The notes beneath the pieces are model-generated. The model made no database searches, had not been told where the DNA came from, and worked only from the letters and a program-made list of their open reading frames with translations. From positions 1-64,000 of the forward strand of contig JAVHQC010000026.1 in NCBI GenBank assembly GCA_036170915.1: a DNA stretch of 64,000 bases, read 5' to 3'. This document shows, in pieces, positions 38,194 through 48,086 of this stretch. Numbering within the stretch: the stretch's first letter is position 1; each line of letters begins with the position of its first letter. The DNA is from Cyanobacteria bacterium auto_48_18. Its GTDB lineage: Bacteria > Cyanobacteriota > Vampirovibrionia > Obscuribacterales > Obscuribacteraceae. The position numbers and the translations under genes were made by a program.

Positions 38194-38936
38194 CGCTTCA
38201 CTCCCAGGTGAAGTGCCACTGTACCCAGTGCCAGTGGCGTGTGGCGAATATTAACCAGACCAGCTGCTTCAAACATAGAAGTTATGCGTTCAGGCCGTGG
38301 ATAATTGCGACCTGACTCAGGCAAGTAGGTGTATGCAGTTTTGTCATTTTGCAGAATGCCGCCAATCACAGGCACTACTTTGCTGAAATAAGTATCAAAA
38401 ATTGGGGCAAACAGAGGCACAGTTGTGTGGCCTAGATCTAAATTGACGATGCGCCCGCCCGATTTAACTACTCGAGCCATTTCATTGAGCCCTTTTTGCA
38501 AATCGGTCAAGTTGCGCAAACCGAAGCTTATGATGGCGCCATCGAAGGTATCATCGGCAAAAGGAAGATTTTCTGCATCGCCGCAAATCCAGTCGATATT
38601 AACAGTTTTGATTTTGTCTTTACGCAGTGCCAGACGGCGCTGACGCTCGCCGGCCAGGTCAAGCATATTCTGAGAAAAATCCAGACCCGTAATGTCCGTG
38701 CCTGCGGCCGCTTGTTTGGCGATCACTAAAGAAACGTCGCCGGTGCCGCAGCAAACATCTAAAAATTTGCCGCCCTTTTTACCAGCTAAAAGTTGGCTTA
38801 CCGCGCGCAATTTCCAGGCGCGATGCATAGCCATGCTGATTACATCGTTGCTTAAATCGTAACCGCGGGCGATGCGCTCAAACTGTTCGTGCACATAGTC
38901 GTGCTTATTTTCTTTGGTCGGTAACTGAAATGACAT
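38190..38936 (-). CDS. menG: Demethylmenaquinone/ubiquinone C-methyltransferase (MenG/UbiE)
   Basis: FERIARGYDLSNDVIS, LDVCCGTGD, ISFGLRN, YTYLPES. Confidence 0.9.
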   Translation of the reverse strand: MSFQLPTKENKHDYVHEQFERIARGYDLSNDVISMAMHRAWKLRAVSQLLAGKKGGKFLDVCCGTGDVSLVIAKQAAAGTDITGLDFSQNMLDLAGERQRRLALRKDKIKTVNIDWICGDAENLPFADDTFDGAIISFGLRNLTDLQKGLNEMARVVKSGGRIVNLDLGHTTVPLFAPIFDTYFSKVVPVIGGILQNDKTAYTYLPESGRNYPRPERITSMFEAAGLVNIRHTPLALGTVALHLGVKR

Positions 38937-38966
38937 TAAGTGGTGCCACTAAGCGTCTGAAGTAAA

Positions 38967-39200
38967 TTATCTGACAAAACCGAAGCCTAAAAGCGCGCAT
39001 ACCAGCATGAATAAGCCAAAAACTGTCCATGTCAGACGGTCGAGGCCGGCTTCTGCGCCACGCTTGCCGCTGAAAACAGTGGCTGCCGCACCGATGCCTG
39101 CCATTCCATCGCCTTTAGGAGCGTGGAGAAGAATCAGGATAATCATCAAAACCCCTAAAATGGCTTCAAAAATTAGCAGTGCGATGTAAGGTGCGCTCAT
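38967..39200 (-). CDS. secG: Preprotein translocase subunit SecG
   Basis: LILLHAPKGDG..FSGKRGAEAGLDRLTW, cyanobacterial-type SecG. Confidence 0.92.
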   Translation of the reverse strand: MSAPYIALLIFEAILGVLMIILILLHAPKGDGMAGIGAAATVFSGKRGAEAGLDRLTWTVFGLFMLVCALLGFGFVR

Positions 39201-39335
39201 GAATTTTCACTTTGATGACCCCGAGGGCCACCGGAATGCGTTGTGACGTGGAAAAATTATAGCCTATATCAATCCAGACCCTCACCAAAGCCAGTCTGTG
39301 CTAAACATTTAGAACCAATTAGGGAGGCCTCAGTT

Positions 39336-40550
39336 ATGTCGGCGCAACAAAAAATGGCAGCCCCTGGCGAGCATCACAGAGTAGTGATTGTCGGCGGCGG
39401 CACTGCCGGTATATCGGTGGCGCACAGGCTGATGCGGGCCATCGGCCAGGTGGGCATTGCCATTATTGAGCCTTCCAGCAAGCACTATTACCAGCCTTTA
39501 TGGACACTTGTAGGGGCGGGAATTTGCCCAAAAGAAGAAAGTGAGCGAGATGAGTATTCGCTAATCCCCACTGGTGTGAAATGGATTAAAGATCACGTGG
39601 TCGATGTCAAGCCCGGCGTGAATATTGTCAAGCTGCAAAGTGGCGTAGAAATTTCTTACGACTATCTGGTGATGGCAGCTGGACTGCAAATTGACTGGCA
39701 TAAAATCAAAGGCTTGCCGGAAGCCTTAGGTAAAAATGGCGTGTGCAGCAATTACAGCTATGCCCTGGTACATAAAACCTGGGAATTTATTTCGCAATTA
39801 AATGGCGGCACTGCTTTATTTACGCAACCAAACACACCAGTTAAATGTGGTGGCGCACCGCAAAAGATTGCTTATCTGGCGGAAGATCATTTTGTCATTC
39901 GCGGAGTGCGCGATAAGATCAAAGTGATTTTTGCCTCGGCCAATCCCAGCATTTTTTCGGTGAAAAAATATGCCACTAGTCTTACTAAAGTTCTAGAACG
40001 CAAACATATTGAAACCAGATTCCGCCAAGATCTGACTGAAATAGACGGAGAGGCTAAGCGGGCCACTTTTCAGAATCTGGATAGCGGCGAGACTTCAGTG
40101 ATTAATTACGACATGGTGCACGTCACTCCCCCTATGAGTGCTCCAGACTTCATCAAGCGAAGTGAGCTGGCTGACAGTGCCGGTTGGGTAGATGTGAACA
40201 AAAGTACTTTGCAGCACAACCGCTTTGCCAACGTATTTGCTCTCGGTGATTGTTCTAATTTACCTACTTCTAAAACCGGCGCCGCCATTCGTAAGCAGTC
40301 ACCAATCGTGGTGGCAAATTTAATCAGTCAAATGCGACAAGAAAAGCTTACCGGTCAATATGACGGCTACACCTCTTGCCCACTGGTGACCGGTTATAAC
40401 AGTCTAATTTTGGCCGAGTTTGATTACGATTTGAACCCACAGGAGAGCTTCCCCTTTGATCAATCGGAAGAGCGATACAGTATGTACATTTTTAAGAAAG
40501 ACATTTTGCCTCAAATGTACTGGCACGGCATGATGAAAGGTTTGATGTAG
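39336..40550 (+). CDS. sqr: Sulfide:quinone oxidoreductase (type II-like)
   Basis: GGGTAG, HYYQPLWTLVG, GVCSNY, KCGGAPQK, YDGYTSCPL, LAEFDY. Confidence 0.9.
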   Translation: MSAQQKMAAPGEHHRVVIVGGGTAGISVAHRLMRAIGQVGIAIIEPSSKHYYQPLWTLVGAGICPKEESERDEYSLIPTGVKWIKDHVVDVKPGVNIVKLQSGVEISYDYLVMAAGLQIDWHKIKGLPEALGKNGVCSNYSYALVHKTWEFISQLNGGTALFTQPNTPVKCGGAPQKIAYLAEDHFVIRGVRDKIKVIFASANPSIFSVKKYATSLTKVLERKHIETRFRQDLTEIDGEAKRATFQNLDSGETSVINYDMVHVTPPMSAPDFIKRSELADSAGWVDVNKSTLQHNRFANVFALGDCSNLPTSKTGAAIRKQSPIVVANLISQMRQEKLTGQYDGYTSCPLVTGYNSLILAEFDYDLNPQESFPFDQSEERYSMYIFKKDILPQMYWHGMMKGLM

Positions 40551-40584
40551 CCAATTATTATCAAGTTATTTGAGAGGGAAAATT

Positions 40585-41727
40585 ATGGCCATAATGACAG
40601 GACTCTCGGGCAACGAACTATTTTGTCTTGATGCCAAAGGCTATACACCCGGAAATCTTGTTATCGGCAATAGTGTTTTCTCTCTCGGTTTTGTCGGCAG
40701 TCTGACCTCTGGTATCAAGACACTGGGGGGAGGAGAAATTCACGAACTGACCGAACTGATTCGCGAAGGGCGGGAGATGGCTTACATGCGCATGATCGAA
40801 GAAGCGCGGCGCCATGCTGGTGCGGGAGTGACCGGCGTCACTAATCAGCTGATTTTTCACGATGCCAATGTTGAGTATCTATCAATCGGATCGGCTGTGC
40901 ACCGCGAGGGCGAGAGCAATGCCGATATTCCATTTTCGACGTCGGCTAATGGGCAAGAACTATATTGTCAGCTTGATTGTGGTTTTCACCCTTTGCGCTT
41001 CGTTTTCGGCAATGTCGCTTATTCAATTGGTATTGGCGGCGGTGTCATGGGAACGTTGCGTAGTTTGCAAGCTGGTGAAGTGCATGAATTTTCCGGCATG
41101 CTTAATAAGACCAGGCATCTGGCTCTAGAGCGCATCTCTCATGAGGCACGAGAAGCTGGTGCCAACGCTGTTTTAGGCATTCAGACTACTATCGCTCCGC
41201 TGATCGGTATTCAAGAAATGGTGATGACAGGCACTGCGTCATATCACGAAAACCTGCCGGAAGAGTTTAAACAAACGCCAATCACAAGCGATTTGACTAA
41301 CGAAGAAATGTGGAACGTAATAAGCCTTGGCTATTGCCCTATTCGGCTAGTGCTGGGCGTTTCAGTATTTTCTATCGGACTGGCTGGTGGCCTCAAGGCC
41401 ATGTTCAAGAGTTTTGTGCGTGGCGAAATTAAGGAGCTAACTTATCAGATTTATCAGGCTCGCCTCAAAGCTCTGTCCATGATTGCTCAAGAAGCTGAGA
41501 CTTTTGCCGCTGATGACGTAGTGGGCATCAAGACTTACGTTTACGAACTTGGCGGCGGCATGATTGAACTTTTAGCCATCGGCACAGCAATAAAGAAAAT
41601 GCCCAATATAAAAGTTCTGTCGAAAAGCTTGATTGTTCAGGCCGTAATCAAAGATACAGAAACTTTCTCTAACAAAGCCGCTGTTCAGGCCACTTTAGCC
41701 AGGCAAGCCGTATCGATGGGTGAATAG
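40585..41727 (+). CDS. Protein with three tandem YbjQ-like (UPF0145) domains
   Basis: Three repeats of S...ELY/FC...G..P..LV.G....S.G..G....GE..E...R..A..R....A...GA..V.G...GTA. Confidence 0.8.
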   Translation: MAIMTGLSGNELFCLDAKGYTPGNLVIGNSVFSLGFVGSLTSGIKTLGGGEIHELTELIREGREMAYMRMIEEARRHAGAGVTGVTNQLIFHDANVEYLSIGSAVHREGESNADIPFSTSANGQELYCQLDCGFHPLRFVFGNVAYSIGIGGGVMGTLRSLQAGEVHEFSGMLNKTRHLALERISHEAREAGANAVLGIQTTIAPLIGIQEMVMTGTASYHENLPEEFKQTPITSDLTNEEMWNVISLGYCPIRLVLGVSVFSIGLAGGLKAMFKSFVRGEIKELTYQIYQARLKALSMIAQEAETFAADDVVGIKTYVYELGGGMIELLAIGTAIKKMPNIKVLSKSLIVQAVIKDTETFSNKAAVQATLARQAVSMGE

Positions 41728-41756
41728 CTCCGAACTAGTCTTAATTGTGAATAGTC

Positions 41757-42197
41757 TCAGGCGATGGGCGGCGGCGTTTTGCGGTCTAAATATTTCTGCA
41801 AAATTATGGCCGCGGCCTGTTTATCTACCATGTCTCGATTATGGCCGGTCTTCACTCCTTGCAGAGTGAGGGTGCGAATTGCAGAAATAGTTGTCAGCCT
41901 TTCGTCTTCATAAACTATTGGTAAACCGGTAGCATTGGCCAGCTTCTTGGCAAATGATTTGACCTTTTCGGCCTGATCGCCTGTCGAACCGTCCATGTTG
42001 TAAGGAAGTCCGATGACAATCTGAACAGCGCCATGACGTGCAGCTAGCGCGGCAATATTGTCTACATCTGTGCGCATGTTGACTCTGTGGATAGTCTCAA
42101 TGCCTGCTGCCGTATATCCAAGCGGATCTGAAATGGCGACGCCAATGCGTTTGTCGCCAACATCCAGACCAATCATGCGTGGTTTCAAATTGCTCAC
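41757..42197 (-). CDS. yqgF: YqgF/RuvX pre-16S rRNA nuclease
   Basis: GLDVGDKRIGVAISD, GLP, DERLTT, VDKQAAAIILQ. Confidence 0.95.
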   Translation of the reverse strand: MSNLKPRMIGLDVGDKRIGVAISDPLGYTAAGIETIHRVNMRTDVDNIAALAARHGAVQIVIGLPYNMDGSTGDQAEKVKSFAKKLANATGLPIVYEDERLTTISAIRTLTLQGVKTGHNRDMVDKQAAAIILQKYLDRKTPPPIA

Positions 42198-42288
42198 CCG
42201 TAAATATTACATGGTCGAAAGGCTTTTCTAAGCAAAGCTAAAATCATGCGGCTGTAAAATAGCGAAGCACGATAGTAGCGAGGTTGCC

Positions 42289-42780
42289 ATGAGACTGTAT
42301 TTGGTGAGACACGGAATTGCTTCCGAACGTCTTGGTTCTGGAATTACAAGAGACGCCGACAGACCGCTCACCGATCAAGGCAAAGAAGAGATGCGCATAG
42401 TTGCCCGTGGCCTTTCTAAACTCAACGTGAAACCAGATGTGGTGCTATCGAGCCCGCTTGTGCGCACCAGAGAAACAGCTGAAATACTAGTGGCCGAGTT
42501 TGGCTGCGAACTGAAGTTTTCTGATGCTCTGGCACCAGGTGTAACAGCCAGTAATGTGTGGAAAAGTATTGCTCGCTATCCTGAAGCCGAGCAAATTGTG
42601 CTGGTGGGGCATGAACCAGATATGGGAATGTTGGTCAGCCAGCTAGTTTTTGCTGGTCCAGAGTTTGAGATGCCATTTAAAAGAGCCGGCGTCTGTCGCG
42701 TTGACGTTGCTGATATTCCACCTACAGCTCCAGGAACAATTAAGTGGTTTATTCCGCCTAAAGTATTTCATTCTCTATAA
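42289..42780 (+). CDS. sixA: Phosphohistidine phosphatase SixA
   Basis: LYLVRHG, DRPLT..G, SSPLVR, VGHEP. Confidence 0.92.
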   Translation: MRLYLVRHGIASERLGSGITRDADRPLTDQGKEEMRIVARGLSKLNVKPDVVLSSPLVRTRETAEILVAEFGCELKFSDALAPGVTASNVWKSIARYPEAEQIVLVGHEPDMGMLVSQLVFAGPEFEMPFKRAGVCRVDVADIPPTAPGTIKWFIPPKVFHSL

Positions 42781-42795
42781 GAAGGTCGGTCTTTT

Positions 42796-43194
42796 ATGCT
42801 CAAAATTTTTCTCTCACTGCTGATCGTGCTGGCTACTTCTGCACCGCCTGCTTTTTCAAATTCGTTGCATATACAAGTTAAAAACGAAGCGGCCACAGGT
42901 TCTGCTGCCGGCATTGACGCTTATGGTCAAGACTTGACGCGCCGCTTAGCTGCGGCTTTTGTGCCACCAATTTGCAGCCAATCAAAACTAGTGCAAGTCG
43001 ATTTTGATGTGGCCAAAAATGGCACCATGTCAAATCCAACTATTGTGGTCTCGTCCAAGATTCCTATTCTTGACGAAAGTGTTTTGAAGGCCGTCAATCT
43101 GGCGGGTCCTACTTTTCGTCCTCTACCTGAGGGCTCACCAGCAACGGTGCATTTTTCCGCCGAATTTGATTATGTGATTGGCGTCAATAAATAG
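42796..43194 (+). CDS. Secreted TonB/TolA C-terminal domain protein
   Basis: Signal peptide; V.F.V.KNG...SS....D...L.AV..A..FRPLP. Confidence 0.75.
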   Translation: MLKIFLSLLIVLATSAPPAFSNSLHIQVKNEAATGSAAGIDAYGQDLTRRLAAAFVPPICSQSKLVQVDFDVAKNGTMSNPTIVVSSKIPILDESVLKAVNLAGPTFRPLPEGSPATVHFSAEFDYVIGVNK

Positions 43195-43210
43195 GACTCT
43201 GGCGCAAAAA

Positions 43211-44239
43211 TTAGGCCATTGCTGCTGCAAGGGGAGCAGGCATAGCGTAATTGAGACGCTCAGCTTCTGTCAGGGCCTCAGCTTCAATTGCCCAGACATA
43301 CAGGCAGGTGAAAAATGCTGCTCTTATATAGATTGACATGGCTGTGACTACAATCACAGTAGAACCCCAAATGGCACCACCAAGGAGCACCAGCGGCGAA
43401 GCTAGAGACATGTGTGAAACGTAGGCGTAAGAGAATCCGGCCATACCACCACCAGCTACAAGCAACAGCACAACGCGATTGATAGTATCAATACCTATTT
43501 CGCCCACGCCAATAGTTATCAGGTTGCCTTGACCAATGCGGTCCGAGCGCTTGAGGGCGCCCCAGAACGAAGTGCCTTCGATCACAATGGCTGGCAAAAT
43601 TAAGTGTCCGGCCATGGTCCAGAAAATTTCCACAATACTCGATAAGAAATTGACACCCATGCCAAATATGCCTGAGCCTCGCTTATCGCGCATAAAACGA
43701 GCAATACGCTTGGCGATAAGAGTTACCAGACCAAGAGTGATGATGGCGGGAAGTGAGCTAAATACAGCGGCACATGAGGTGGAGAATTTGCCGGAGCCGG
43801 CACCCTCGGTCAAGTGGCTGTAGACCAGCGCTGTGGTAACCCCTTCGAGGAAGCGGTTAGTTAGCCACCAGAGTGACAGTATGGCAATCACGGCAAAAAC
43901 GGCATCAGGGCTGGCGGCTTGTTGCAACGCGCCTACGCCGCTCTGGTCCCAGGGGCCGTTAAGCGCTGTCTGACCGAGAAGCTGTTGGATGCCTTCAGGT
44001 GTGGGAGTAATATGCTTGGCGGCGTGGTGGCTCTGGCCTTTGAGTGCGTGAGCCGCCCCGCTGGCGGCACTTTGACCAGTGGCGGCCAGGCGTGACTTTC
44101 CTTCAAGGAAAAGCATTATGGCAAAGAAGAAATTACTAAAAACGGTCAGTATTGCTGGAAAGAGCAATCGTTTATCTTGCCAGCCCATTTTAATGGCTGC
44201 CATTATCATCTTAAAGCCCCGACCAAATGATTCAAACAT
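43211..44239 (-). CDS. Membrane protein (DUF6159-like)
   Basis: Multi-TM; DKRLLFP, W......LPAIVIE....ALKRS pattern. Confidence 0.6.
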   Translation of the reverse strand: MFESFGRGFKMIMAAIKMGWQDKRLLFPAILTVFSNFFFAIMLFLEGKSRLAATGQSAASGAAHALKGQSHHAAKHITPTPEGIQQLLGQTALNGPWDQSGVGALQQAASPDAVFAVIAILSLWWLTNRFLEGVTTALVYSHLTEGAGSGKFSTSCAAVFSSLPAIITLGLVTLIAKRIARFMRDKRGSGIFGMGVNFLSSIVEIFWTMAGHLILPAIVIEGTSFWGALKRSDRIGQGNLITIGVGEIGIDTINRVVLLLVAGGGMAGFSYAYVSHMSLASPLVLLGGAIWGSTVIVVTAMSIYIRAAFFTCLYVWAIEAEALTEAERLNYAMPAPLAAAMA

Positions 44240-44480
44240 GACTCATATCCTCTAACGGCTTGTGCCGCATGGCCTTTGAATAGAATTTGCCCAATTGGGC
44301 AAGCTTTTAGTAAGAAAAACCGGAAACCCGTAAAGGCTCACTGGCTGGTCATCAATGACCTTTGAGGTAATCTCTAGAAGATAACACCAGTTGGCCAGGA
44401 AGCGGCCAGTGCTCTATGAAACCTCGCCTGTATTGTAATTAGTTGCCAAGCGAATGTAAAGAACTTTTTTAACCTTTGCG

Positions 44481-46412
44481 CTAAATTTTTTCAATTTCCA
44501 GATCTTCCTCCGGATACATGGAGTCTAGAACAGCCTGATACTTGGCTGTGACAAACTTGCGCTTAACCTTAAAAGTGGGGGTAAGTTCTTCTTCTTCCAC
44601 TGTAAAGTCGTTGTCTAAAATCTCGTAACGCTTGATGCGTTCGAATGTAGCTAGAGCCTGATTGATGCGGTTGACCGCCGCGTCCACTTCTTCTTTAATC
44701 AAAGGGTGCTGATAGAGTTCTTCTACTTTTTTATAGCTTAGCTTGTGACGGTCGGCCACACTCTTGACCATGTCTTGGTTGAGAGTGAGCAGGCAGGTTA
44801 TAAATTTGCGCCGATCACCGTAAACCAGGCAGTGACTAATAAAGGCTTCCCCTTTGAAGAGATTTTCAATGTACTGTGGGGCCACGTGTTTGCCGCCGGC
44901 AGTAATAATGATGTCTTTTTTGCGGTCTTTAATAATGATGAAACCGTCAGCGTCAATGGCGGCAATATCGCCGGTTTTGAACCAGCCGTCTTCGAAAGCT
45001 TCCCTTGTTGCTTCTGGGTTTTTGTAATAGGTAGAAAAAACGCTGGGCCCTTTAACTAAAAGTTCTCCGTCTTCAGCAACTTTCACTTCGATGCCATCAA
45101 GCGGTTTGCCCACCGTGCCCGGTCTGTTGGTTTCAAGAGCATTACAGGCAAGCGGTGCGCTTGTTTCAGTCAGGCCATAGCCTTCTAAAATGTTGAGACC
45201 GATGGTATCAAAAAAGCGCTGCACCTCAGGCGGCAGTGGGGCCGCACCAGAAATAAGCATGCGCAGGCGACCGCCAAACCGTCGTCTGATTTTAGAAAAT
45301 ACCAGACGATCTGCCGCCCTAAGCTCTGCTGCGTGCAATTGTTTGATGATGGCGTTTTTGGTATCTGGTGCAGATGGGCGCACGATCTTTGCCGCCACTT
45401 GTGCGCTTGCGCTGCCTCTCTCTATCTCGCCGTCGCTATCAACTTCACCCGAAAACGAGCCATTGCTTGGTGTCACCAGTGGTGGCTTTTTGTTCAAACC
45501 GAAGGCCCAGTTGATCAAAATTTGCTGAGCTTTTGGCAGATTCTTAACTTCACTTTGTATGCGCTGATAGGCTTTCTCGTAAAAGCGCGGCACACCGTTA
45601 ATAATGGTGGGATGAGTTTCAGTCATATTGCGCGGCACGGTTTCAATTGCCTCAGCATAAGCCATAGGCACGCCGCCGTATATGCTCAAGAACTGCCCAC
45701 CTACTCGTTCGTACACGTGTGAAAGCGGCAGGAAAGAAAGGGCCAGATCGTTTTCAGAAAAATGCATGCGCTGGTCGACGGCCTGACAGACAGCAAAAAT
45801 GTTGTGATGAGAAAGCATCACTCCTTTAGGAATACCAGTGGTGCCAGATGTATAAACAATCGATGCCACTGTATCTGGTGTTATATGCTTTTTGCTATCT
45901 TGCACAAGATCTTTGTGTGAAAGTAAATAAACTTCTCCGTCCTTAAGCAAATCGTCCCATTTAAGAATGCGCAATTTTTCTGATGATGGCGGAGCGTTGC
46001 CGTCAAGCATCACCACAAATTGCAATTTCGGTGCCAAAGTGGGGCGATCTAAAATTTTGCGCAGCTGAAATTCGTTTTCTACAAAAACTCCAATTGAATC
46101 GCTGTGCTGAATGAGAAAATCGACTTCTGGTGCGTTCAAAGTCGGATAAATAGGAATTGTTACCGCACCTAGTGAAAGGGTGGCAAGATCTGACCATGTC
46201 CATTTCGGATTTGGCTGAGACAAAATTGAAAGGTGAGTGCCGGCGACCACGCCAAGTTTAGCCAGGCCGCCCATGGCAAGCTCGACAACGCGCCCGTGTT
46301 CGCGCCAGATAACTGGTGCATATGTGCCCTGCACCTTATGATAAATGGCCGGTTTTTCGCCGGACTGCACACGCCGCCAGAAGACATCGATAATTGTCTT
46401 TTCACTGTCCAT
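44481..46412 (-). CDS. Long-chain fatty acid-CoA/ACP ligase
   Basis: YTSGTTGIPKG, FLPLSHVYER, EGYGLTE, WFKTGD, DRKKDII. Confidence 0.93.
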   Translation of the reverse strand: MDSEKTIIDVFWRRVQSGEKPAIYHKVQGTYAPVIWREHGRVVELAMGGLAKLGVVAGTHLSILSQPNPKWTWSDLATLSLGAVTIPIYPTLNAPEVDFLIQHSDSIGVFVENEFQLRKILDRPTLAPKLQFVVMLDGNAPPSSEKLRILKWDDLLKDGEVYLLSHKDLVQDSKKHITPDTVASIVYTSGTTGIPKGVMLSHHNIFAVCQAVDQRMHFSENDLALSFLPLSHVYERVGGQFLSIYGGVPMAYAEAIETVPRNMTETHPTIINGVPRFYEKAYQRIQSEVKNLPKAQQILINWAFGLNKKPPLVTPSNGSFSGEVDSDGEIERGSASAQVAAKIVRPSAPDTKNAIIKQLHAAELRAADRLVFSKIRRRFGGRLRMLISGAAPLPPEVQRFFDTIGLNILEGYGLTETSAPLACNALETNRPGTVGKPLDGIEVKVAEDGELLVKGPSVFSTYYKNPEATREAFEDGWFKTGDIAAIDADGFIIIKDRKKDIIITAGGKHVAPQYIENLFKGEAFISHCLVYGDRRKFITCLLTLNQDMVKSVADRHKLSYKKVEELYQHPLIKEEVDAAVNRINQALATFERIKRYEILDNDFTVEEEELTPTFKVKRKFVTAKYQAVLDSMYPEEDLEIEKI

Positions 46413-46443
46413 GCGTGTTGAACCCTATCAATTTGATCCTGCT

Positions 46444-46767
46444 TCAGTTTGTGATCTTAGATTCTGAATTGAGCCACTCTAAATATGGTGCATATCCTTT
46501 ATCTATAGCCAAGCAAATTATTTCTGGAATTTCGTAAGAGTGCAGTTCTTTTATTCTTGCTTCGAGTCTATCGTAAACGATAGAAGATGATTTGATCACA
46601 AGAAGTGTTTCTTGATCTTTGACGATTTCACCTTTCCATTTATAAATGGATGTTACTTTCGGCAGAATATTGATGCAAGCAACCAGACCTTCTTGCACTA
46701 GAGTTTCGCTGATCTGTTCAGCTTCGCTCTGAGGGCAACTGACAAGCACCACCACTTCTCCGGCCAT
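46444..46767 (-). CDS. cutA: Divalent-cation tolerance protein CutA
   Basis: ACINI, SIYKWKG, E..L.IK, HSYEIPE. Confidence 0.95.
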   Translation of the reverse strand: MAGEVVVLVSCPQSEAEQISETLVQEGLVACINILPKVTSIYKWKGEIVKDQETLLVIKSSSIVYDRLEARIKELHSYEIPEIICLAIDKGYAPYLEWLNSESKITN

Positions 46768-47912
46768 CAGTCACTACTCTTGGCTAATTCGCTTCCGGCT
46801 TCAGCAATAAATGAGGCAATTAATTCAGCCGCCCGCTGAAACTGCAAAGACTGCAGACGGGGCATACGATAGCGTTTATGCAGACGGATGATTACCACCG
46901 GTACTTTTAAATCGTTGGCGGCATAGTCGGCAAAGGGTCGCAAATTTTGATCAAAGCTGCGTGCGCCAATTGCCTCTAGCTCGCAAAGCCTCAGCTTTAG
47001 CCGGCTTTCGTAGTCTTCATAGACTGAAGGTTCGCCGTAAGCAGAAATTTGTACACCAGGGGCCTCTTGCCAGGTAGAGCCCATAAGCATCACCACAAGA
47101 CCAACCTGACCGCCTTTGACGATATCGGTAAAGACACGTCTGAAGGGCGTCTCCAAGTACCAGCAGGGGTCTGCCACCATACAAAAATTGCTCATCAACG
47201 TGTGGCATCCGGTCATGCGATTGAGTAGAGCAGACATACTTCCGGTGAAAGACTCTTGCTCGTAAAATTCGCCTTCACGCCAGTGTGCTGTGGCATGGGG
47301 CGCCACCACCAGTACAGGCAAATCGCCGCCCAAAAACTTGTAATCAGGTTCGCCGGAAGGTGGCATTTGTTCATAACGTTCTGCCAGCAGCGACTCATAC
47401 TGCACCGCCCAATCCACCGGATCTACCTGCGGTTGCTGGCCGATGATGTACTGCAGAGCATGATCTAATTCGTTAAATCGGGCTTGCGAATGAGAAAGCA
47501 CCCAGGGGTTAAAGGGCGAAGGACCAACCACGGTCACCATCTTGCCCCGACGGTGTGCATAAAACATCTCCATGGCGGCACCGTAGCTGGGACGTTCTAG
47601 ATTGGCAAGCAGCCCATCACTTTGATCAATCAGTTCAAGAGCACGTTGCACTCGCTGATCTGACGATCCGGCTAATTCAATGGCGTCTAAAAAATCAACC
47701 TCTGACCAGGCAAACTCAAGTGGATTAATCACCCGCAGGCCGTGGTTTTGCAGCCTTGTCAGAGCAAATGTGCGCCAGTCTGGATTATTCAGGCTATTAA
47801 AAACAGCCGCCGCGGGCGACAGCTGGGCGGGATCGATAGATCCACCGGTGAGATAAATTGACGACAGGAGCGACAATTTCGACTTCTTCCTTTTGAGTTT
47901 TACCCTGAACAA
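46767..47912 (-). CDS. Nucleoside 2-deoxyribosyltransferase-like domain fused to an N-formylglutamate amidohydrolase-like domain
   Basis: IYLTG..WR..INP..IDQSD..SYGAAMEMFYA..GK; then VLVVAPHA..E..TG..DP. Confidence 0.6.
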   Translation of the reverse strand: MFRVKLKRKKSKLSLLSSIYLTGGSIDPAQLSPAAAVFNSLNNPDWRTFALTRLQNHGLRVINPLEFAWSEVDFLDAIELAGSSDQRVQRALELIDQSDGLLANLERPSYGAAMEMFYAHRRGKMVTVVGPSPFNPWVLSHSQARFNELDHALQYIIGQQPQVDPVDWAVQYESLLAERYEQMPPSGEPDYKFLGGDLPVLVVAPHATAHWREGEFYEQESFTGSMSALLNRMTGCHTLMSNFCMVADPCWYLETPFRRVFTDIVKGGQVGLVVMLMGSTWQEAPGVQISAYGEPSVYEDYESRLKLRLCELEAIGARSFDQNLRPFADYAANDLKVPVVIIRLHKRYRMPRLQSLQFQRAAELIASFIAEAGSELAKSSD

Positions 47913-48086
47913 TAGATCTACTGCCCATCTAACACACTATATACCACAGGAATAGCACTTTCACCACTAATTGGAATCATCTGGGACGGCATCTGGGTAA
48001 GGCTTTAGCTCTATCTGAGTGAAAAATACAGAGCGCTCTGCATATCAATCAAGTATGCTTTTGCTTTGCACCTGACTGGAGTATTC

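Noticed and set aside
45340..45490. Insertion in the acyl-CoA ligase
   Set aside because: Low-complexity loop in a region that commonly varies in this family; frame is intact
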